Shown here: positions 55,917 to 64,000 of the stretch, piece after piece | Numbering within the stretch: position 1 is the first letter of the stretch | Layout of the letters: each line of letters opens with the position of its first letter | Assembly: GCF_009914755.1 (NCBI RefSeq) | Contig: NC_060927.1 | Strand: one strand, 5' to 3' | DNA length: 64,000 nt | Source of the DNA: the human T2T-CHM13v2.0 reference genome, Homo sapiens | Notes under the pieces: generated by a model | What the model was told of the DNA's origin: nothing | Seen by the model: only the letters and a program-made list of their open reading frames with translations | Databases searched by the model: none | Position numbers and translations under genes: made by a program

Positions 55917-57504
55917 TTTCTTTCTCTTTCTTTTTAATGTCCTATGCCTTTTGCCACTTTCTTTATTTAATTATCTTTACTTGCGTTAATTTTATAGCTG
56001 CCTCTTCTATGTATCACTTCCACATTACCTACCTTAAATAGCACTGACATACTTCAAACATTTTTATTTTATTAAGTCACTCTCCTGAACAAGCATTTAT
56101 AGCATTTTATTCTCGTCTTTCAGACTCAAGTCCAAAACTCTCATTCTTGCACTTTAGGGCCTTATTGAAATCCTGCAGTCACATTTCCCAAGGGTCCCTG
56201 AGAAGACCAACTTATCTCTGGTTAGTCTGCTCATTTTCCAAGCACATTCCTGCCCAAGCACCTTCACTCTGCCCTTTCTCCAACCTGGAATGCCTCATTC
56301 TTTTTCTATAGCAAACTAATATTCATCATGAATTTTCTATACCTCTATCAATTAAGGCTGCCTTCTCTTTTTCAAGAATTTCACAATTTTTTTACTAGTA
56401 TTTAGGACCTAATAACTTCACATTAGCTATTAATTTTGTAGATATTATTCCTACAGCAATTCTTCATTCAAGAATGGAGCTAAGCCTTCATCTTATTATC
56501 ATCTAAAGTGTCTAACTTTGAGCTGGATTTCTAGATGACACATCCGCCAGTTTACTTACAGATTAACATGCACTAAAATATTTTTATTTAAATATTTTTA
56601 TTTTTAGTGATCCTTTCCATTTAAATGCATCTCTTACAGAGGGATGAGAGATAGTAGAGCAGGCCAGATAGTAAGTGAAAACATGACTGATGTGTGTCTC
56701 TGCTCAGGTCTCAATTGTTAATGGGTTGTTCTTTATTAATATGGAAGGACATAAGGAAACTATTTCAAATCATTAGGTATCAACTTACATGCTATTAAGT
56801 TGTGAAGTAATTGTGTACAGAAACATTTTAGAACATGTATATTTAGTACCTAACATAGAGACTGTTCAGATTGGGTTCAATATATTCAAGTCTTCATTGT
56901 TAGACAAATTACATCCCAGGTTCTAAAGAGACTTGTTCACATAATCTAATATTTGTGTCAGTATATTTGGAAAGGTAATGGAGAACAGAACAGTTGGTTA
57001 ACAAAATATGAGAGCCAGGAAAACATCCCAGATGTCAAAAAGATAAAGTGGTAAATTTCCTAAATTTCAGGCCAAGAAGATAGGTAATTTATAGAAAAAA
57101 ATCTAGAAAAAATATTAAATAGAAGATTTTTAGACATTTGCTTATTAATCTAGTTGACAAATATTCATTAATGTGTCCCTATGTTGCTGGATACGTGGTG
57201 GTGACTATGATACAAGATGTCCACTCCAATGGACCTCACACTACAGTGGGGTAACAGACAATTTAGAGAGGAATAAACTCTATTCAGGAAAAAAGACAAT
57301 AAACACCAGGTGTCAATAGGTAAGTCAATAAAAGAATATCAAACCTCAGAAATCAGGCTCTCAAGTAGTAAAAGAGAACACTGCTACTACCAGTCCCCTG
57401 TGCCAGTGATTTTGCAGATAATTTAACTTTGCATCTTATGATGTCTTGAAAATTAAGATGGTAAAATGCAAACTTGGTTCTAATTACACTTGAAAAAAGG
57501 TTCT

Positions 57505-57680
57505 TCTCCATTCAACATCCAATGACTTGTAAATTTGCAGGTGATACAAAGCTGAAAACAATATCTAATATAGCGTAAGATAGGAATTTGACTCAAAATA
57601 ATTTATACAGGTTGGAATACTGGGCTGAAACCAACAAGATGAAATGTAAAATGAGGCTAATATAAAATTGTATAATTGAA
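57505..57680 (+). mobile_element. CR1/L3 reverse-transcriptase fragment
   Basis: 57531-57554 translates KFAGDTKL (CR1 consensus KFADDTKL) and 57594-57650 translates QNNLYRLEYWAETNKMKCK (cf. QxDLDRLExWAExNxMKFN). Confidence 0.8.
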
Positions 57681-57709
57681 GGAAGACAAAGTTTTTAAAA
57701 AACTGGATG

Positions 57710-58410
57710 GAGAAAGCAATAATTACAAAGAAAAATAACATGATACATTAGACTTCATCAAAATTAGAAAGTATATTTACCAACACATCATTAAGAAAAT
57801 GAATAAGCAAGCCATAGACTGGGAGAAAATACTCACATAGCATATAACTGACAAAGGACTGGTAACAAGGATACATAAAGCACATCTATTACTCAGTAAA
57901 AACATTGAGACTTATCTGAAAATATGTAGGAAAATGTATCAGAAATTGATGCGTGAATAAAAATATGGCTAGATAAAGAGACGATAAAGTAATTTAACAT
58001 TTTGCAAAATGCTAATTATAGAATTAAGGTGATGAGCATATGGTGTTCACTGTACAGTTTTTTAAAGCTTTTTAGTATGTTGGAAATTTTCATAAAAATG
58101 TTGAGAAAAAGAATCATAACTGTATGAGTTGTTCTAGGAATTCTATTTAGCTTATCTAATACAAACTTTAAGTGTAGAAAAAAGCAGTTTACAAAACTGT
58201 ATAATTCTGTGTGTGTGTGTGTGTGTGTGTGTGCATGTGTGTGTGTGTGTGTGTCCTGCAGATATAATGGAATGATGTGCACAAAACTTTTGGAGTGGGC
58301 AGAGAGAGAGGGAGAGAGGAAGTAATTTTTTTTCATATTTGTACTTTCTGGTTGTGCTACAATGAACGTGCATTGTTTGTGTATTTTCAAAATAGTATTC
58401 ATTTTTGTAA
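57710..58410 (+). mobile_element. L1M fragments (ORF2 and 3' ends) around a (TG)n repeat at 58208-58254
   Basis: ttagacttcatcaaaatt...gcaagccatagactgggagaaaata...ctgacaaaggactggta; ggtgatgagcatatggtgttcactgtac...gaaattttcataaaaa. Confidence 0.75.
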
Positions 58411-58789
58411 TAAAAATGTCCTATATTTGATCTTTTTAAAAAGAGACTAAATATACAGAATCTATCTGTTTATTCATTAGAGTAATGCTAGGAACAATAC
58501 ACAAGTACAAAAAGAAGGAAGAATTGCTTGGCCTTGGTGACTGGCTATAGGAGACTAAATAGATGAACAAATCATAAATAAAAAAGAGAATTGCAATGTC
58601 AAGGTTGGGAAAGCAAAATATCTAGGGGACACTGCCTATGTTACCACTTACGCCTCTCTCATCACAATCCAGAATACTTTTTATTTTTTTAAATACGACA
58701 ACCTCTTCCACGTTTTAAGTATTCACACATACTTTCCTCCTGCCTAATATATGTTTTCTCCTCTCTCTCACCAAATTTTAGTCATCTTT

Positions 58790-59289
58790 TGTGTCCAGAG
58801 TTGGTTCCTTCTGGTGGGTTCGTGGTCTCGCTAACTTCAAGAATGGAGCCACGGACCTTCGCGGTAAGTGTTACAGTTAAAGATGGCACGGACCCAAAGA
58901 GTGAGCAGCAGCAAGATTTATTGTGAAGAGTGAAAGAACAAAGCTTCCATAGCGTGGAAGGGGACCCGAGTGGGTTGCTGCTGCTGGCTAGGGTGGCCAA
59001 CTTTTATTCCCTTATTTGTCACCTCCCATGTTCCGTTTTTGTCCTATCAGAGTGTCCTTTTTTCAATCCTCCCTGCAACTGGCTACTTTTAGGATCCTGC
59101 TGATTGGTCCATTTTACAGAGTGCTGGGTGCATTTTACAATCCCCTTGCTAGCCACAGAGTGCTAATTGGAGCGTTTTACAATCCTACCTACAGAGTGCT
59201 AGTTGGTGTGTTTTACAATCCTCTTGTAAGACAGAAAAGTTCTCCAAGTCTCCACTCCACCCAGGAGGTCCAGCTGGCTTCACCTCTCA
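58790..59289 (-). mobile_element. LTR12F-like (ERV9) solo LTR
   Basis: Minus strand TGAGAGGTGAAGCCAGCTGG ... CTGGACACA; repeated gctgattgg...ttttaca (CCAAT) units; perfect 4-bp TSD cttt (58786-58789 and 59290-59293). Confidence 0.93.
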
Positions 59290-59329
59290 CTTTCAGATCT
59301 CATTTCCCCACAGAAGAATTCCATAACTT

Positions 59330-59542
59330 CCCAAACTAAATTACAGATCCCTGTCACACCTTCTCATAGCACATTACGTTTTAGTAGCATTTATGGTAAC
59401 TAGTAACTGCACATTTATTTTATGATAATTTGTTTATCATCAATACTCTCTGCTAGAATGGGTACTTGCTGGTCATTGTACCATGAGTGAACAGAATAGT
59501 GTCTGGCACATTACAGGGATTCAATAAATACTATTGAATAAG
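59330..59542 (+). mobile_element. L2 3' end
   Basis: agaatagtgtctggcacattacagggattcaataaatactattgaataa. Confidence 0.65.
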
Positions 59543-60124
59543 TAAAGTTACTGCACTAGTTTCAGATCTGTTACATTTACAGCAACAGAAGAATGCCAAG
59601 ATGGTAATGTTTAGCAAGACTCTGCACACCTGTACCTGCAGACAGTAAGAACAAACGGAATTAGAAGTACAGTTTTGAAATGAAATAGTAAGAAGGTATT
59701 TGGTGACATAAGAATGAATGAGTCCTGCAAAGGAAGATACAAAGAAAGAAAAGGGCAGATAACTGAGTATCAAGCCTATCAAGTTAATTTTTAAATCATT
59801 TCCCTTTACCTTCTTTTATCTTATTTTGTTTGAGTCTTTCTATCCTGTTCTTGTACTGGAAACAAGATGTCAGCTTAACTAGCTCTAAATTAACTGCAGC
59901 CTTAAGCATGTGAAGTGATGATAGTCTCCAGGACAAGCTTGCTGTTTCAAATCTTGGCAGTCTAGACTTGGCTTCTAGCTTCTCTACTTTTCTGCATGGC
60001 TGGGAAAGATAGACTGCAAATTTAGGAGCAGATTCTTCTATAGCACTGTTCCAATATCAAAGAAATGCCAGGAACTCACAGGGTTTCCTTCTTTCACAGC
60101 CAATAGATTAATTATTCTGTTTAC

Positions 60125-60625
60125 GATTTATTCAGTAAGTATTTATTAAATGCCTACTATGGACCTAATACTAGGCTATATAATAAATGTTTCTGCTCTA
60201 ATGGAGCTCATGATCGGGTAAGGCAAGAGACAACACATATATAACAAACAAACATTCAATGACCAATTTGAAGATGCCGTAAAGGGAAGCAGACGGGGAT
60301 TGGACAGTGCAACAAAGAAAACAAGATATGGGGTAGTCATGTTGGCTCCTATGAGAAGATAACACTTAAGCCAAAACCTTAAAAGATAGCAGAGTCAGCC
60401 TGTGAAGAGAGATGAAAAGAATTTCAGGTAGAGGCAGCAGCAAAGATCTTTGAGGACCTATAGGCCTCCCAGTAAACCTGGAGCAGAATGAATAAGAGGA
60501 AGAGCTAGATTTGCCAGGGAGGAAGGGTCCCATCATGCAGAGCTTCATGGCTGTGGGGAGGACTTTGGATGTTAGAAGGTTTATTAAAAAAACCACTGAT
60601 ATTTAAGCACAGGTGTAGCATGATT
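60125..60625 (-). mobile_element. L2 fragment
   Basis: ttattcagtaagtatttattaaatgcctactatg...tctgctctaatggagctca...ttcaggtagaggcagcagcaaag. Confidence 0.75.
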
Positions 60626-62532
60626 CCAGGGAGCAACCTCAAATAACGCTAATACTAGACTTCCAAATTGACAGTCCCTACATTTTTTTTGCTGGTTGGT
60701 TCATTTTCATTTTGTTTTGTTTTGTTTTTATTAATTAGGCACTCTGAGTCTGCTGCAGGCTTGTGCCTCACATGTACACAAAGCCACGGTCTTAATTACA
60801 AGTTAGATAACAAATCAAACAAATCTTTAAAGGGAAAAAAAGGTTAACAAAATTTGAACCATGTAGTCATGATAAAATAAAAAATAACATGTCAGCACTT
60901 AGCAGTTGTTTTGAAGAGACATTTTAAAGAAAATATAAACTGTGACTTATGGCCACTGATGGCAGAAAGGCTACAGACTTTGTATGTGCAGGGTGGGAGA
61001 GACATAAGATATTACCTTGGTTTTGACATATTACCAACAGAAAATGCTATTAAATACCAGAATGGGTTTCCTAGAGCTTCTTCCTGAGGGTTTTAGAAAT
61101 TCAATACTCATTTGTCTGAAATAATTGTGGCGTTTCCATGTCTAAAGTAAAAGAGATGGACTGGATTTTTTTCAAGATTTTCCTGAGATGAAAAAGCCGT
61201 GAGTCCCCAAGAGTCTCTCATAAATAACAAACTGTACAGTAAAGAGAGATCAGAATTTGGCAATTAGTAGGTGTTCAATAGATGTTAACTGGTTTCTTAG
61301 TCATGAGTAAAATGATGAATATAGTATTTCTGGGGAGAGAAATATTGTCTGCTAATATCTGATAATGGTGAGAATCAGATATTTAACAATTACCATCATA
61401 CATAAGAAACATTCCAGGTAATACTGTGAAACATTCTCAGCAGCCGTGAGTCAGTCAAATGGAAGTTAATGTGTTTTGAAGAACACATCACAGGTGAGAG
61501 ATGTGGGCATCAGAGTCAGACGAAGCAGCAGTTAGCAGGAGGCGGCCAGTATGAGAGAAGGCCAGCCACAATATGGAAGCAATTGATTGCTAAGGGTAAG
61601 TCCCGCCAAGTCAATGGTGAAAGCCATGAAAAAGCCAGTGGAAGTCGAAGATGGAGGCCACGGTGGCAGAAGCCCCCTTGGAAGGAATGTGCCACTAACA
61701 CAGACAATAAATTGCCAGTCAAATGGGGGATGGCTCAATGGAAAACATCTAAATCAGGGCAGGCCAGCCCACTGGCAGCAAGGCAAGCCAGTCAATGGGG
61801 TAGTCACAGTGGATCCAAAGGCAGAATCAGTACATCCAGGGGAACATGAGATGGGCAATATCTGCGGCATGGGTTTAACTGAAGCTCACCAACTGGCAAG
61901 GGCAATGCATTTGGGTAGAACAGGAGAGCAGAGGACAGAAGCCAAGAGATGTGATTTGAGCTGTGCCAAGTGAGCAGAATGGTCTCTGAGGAAATATCAG
62001 CTTCCTACCAACTAGGAGGCTTCTGGCAGTGTGAGAGCTGCACGCAAACTGCCAAGTGTGGCAGGGCAAGGATCATGGCAGCAGGCATGTAGGATGCACA
62101 GAGGGAACAGCTAAGCTACTACATTGAGTGCCAACGTACTCCACTGGCATCCTGCAGCCCAATATCCAAGCACAGCCTGAAAAACTGGAAGAGCACTGAA
62201 TGAGGAGGCAGAAGTTGAGGTTTAAACTCTAGTTCTGCACTAACTATACCACCTTATATTAAAACTCTGCCTTGCTGTTGATAGTTCGTTCTTTCTCATC
62301 ACCCAGAAACTGCAAGTCTCCCTCTCCAAACCAAATTCCTGAGACTGGAGCCCTGACCTGAGACTGGAGGTGATCCAAATGCTGATAGTCATCCTTATTG
62401 CCACTATCCCACTCTGCATTTCCTGGTTGGATAAACATCTAAGAAAATGCTGGTTTTGTCTTCATCCATGCATACTTCTCCATCTGCTTTCCAGTCTATG
62501 CTCTCACATACTGTGTCTGAAAGCCTGAACTA

Positions 62533-62950
<418 letters not shown>

Positions 62951-64000
62951 TTATTGAATGAAAGCTATCTGTGCCATAGGCACAAGATACAGTTCCTTTC
63001 AAATTCTCCACTCAAACTTCTTTACCAGGAAACCTAAAACTAAAACTAAGCATAAGCAAAACAGTAGTTGCAAAAGTAAAATTGTTTCCCATTATCTGGG
63101 CATATTATAGTTTCAAATGTCCATTTGCCCTTTTGAGGCCAAATGCTATCAGGACAGAGGTCACCTTTTCCTTTAAATTCGTGATAATGTAAGAAATACT
63201 CATGATAAGATGATTATCCTTAGAATACTCACAGCAAAGCTGAAACTACTCTTGATGAATACAGTTATACGTGATAACCTAAGGAAGAACTCTCTAGAGT
63301 AACAACAATCTCACTCCTACAGCCACTAGAGGAAGTATCTCCTATAATTCTCCCAAGGCAACCTCTTCTCGTCTCCCCTCTGCCTTTCTTTCCTCTTTTC
63401 CTCTTTTTTTCTCATCCTCTTTTTCTCTCTCTTTCCTGTACAAAATACTCTGTTCATATGATGCATAAATTGTGTTTCATTCAAGATTGTAGCTGGAGAA
63501 GAAATTATTTTTGTATTCAGTGCCTGTCTATGTCCCCTCTGCTTCATCTGTCAATATTGCCAGAACATTAGAGCTAGAGGCTGTATAGGTCTTTGGCAGA
63601 GCAATTCTCTGAGGAACCTAGGGAAACTCTAGAATAAAAATGCAATACAATGTGGCCAAATTTACAAATGGATACCCATGTGGGAACATTGTTTATGAAA
63701 TCTTAACATTCAATTGATCCAAACCAGTGAAGGCTGTCCTAACGCCGTGCAAAATTAGTGGATCAGTGTATTATAATCTCGTTTATGTCCCTTGATTAGA
63801 TAGATAAGCTACCATGAATCAGACCAACCACTATTTAAACATTATCTGGTAGGGCAACAGTCATATGGACAAATTTCAGATATCAAGAACAGAAAGGGAA
63901 GTGCCACAGTGAAAACAGAAATGGACTGTGAGGAGTTGAGAAGCTTGCAATCTAGAACACCAAAGACATTTGATCACACTTTTCATCTTTTATCCTCCAC

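Overview
AT-rich primate (very likely human) non-coding genomic DNA, consistent with the interior of a very long intron or a gene desert. I can support no protein-coding exon, RNA gene, CpG island or CRISPR array, and the supplied ORFs are chance or repeat-derived. The window is a mosaic of interspersed repeats: 8 Alus (most with target-site duplications), 5 solo LTRs (MLT2, MSTB-like, MSTC/D-like, THE1B, LTR12F), MER1B, a probable MER115, and many L1M, L2, CR1/L3 and MIR fragments, plus microsatellites. The standout signal is on the minus strand at 44926-44965: a branch point, a 24/26 pyrimidine tract and TAG abutting a consensus GTAAGT, with downstream donors at 44807 and 44699. This is the architecture of a recursive splice site with an RS-exon, and it suggests a very long minus-strand intron. 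The host gene cannot be named from the sequence alone. Repeat family calls are from recalled consensus sequences, not a database search; boundaries without a TSD are approximate.
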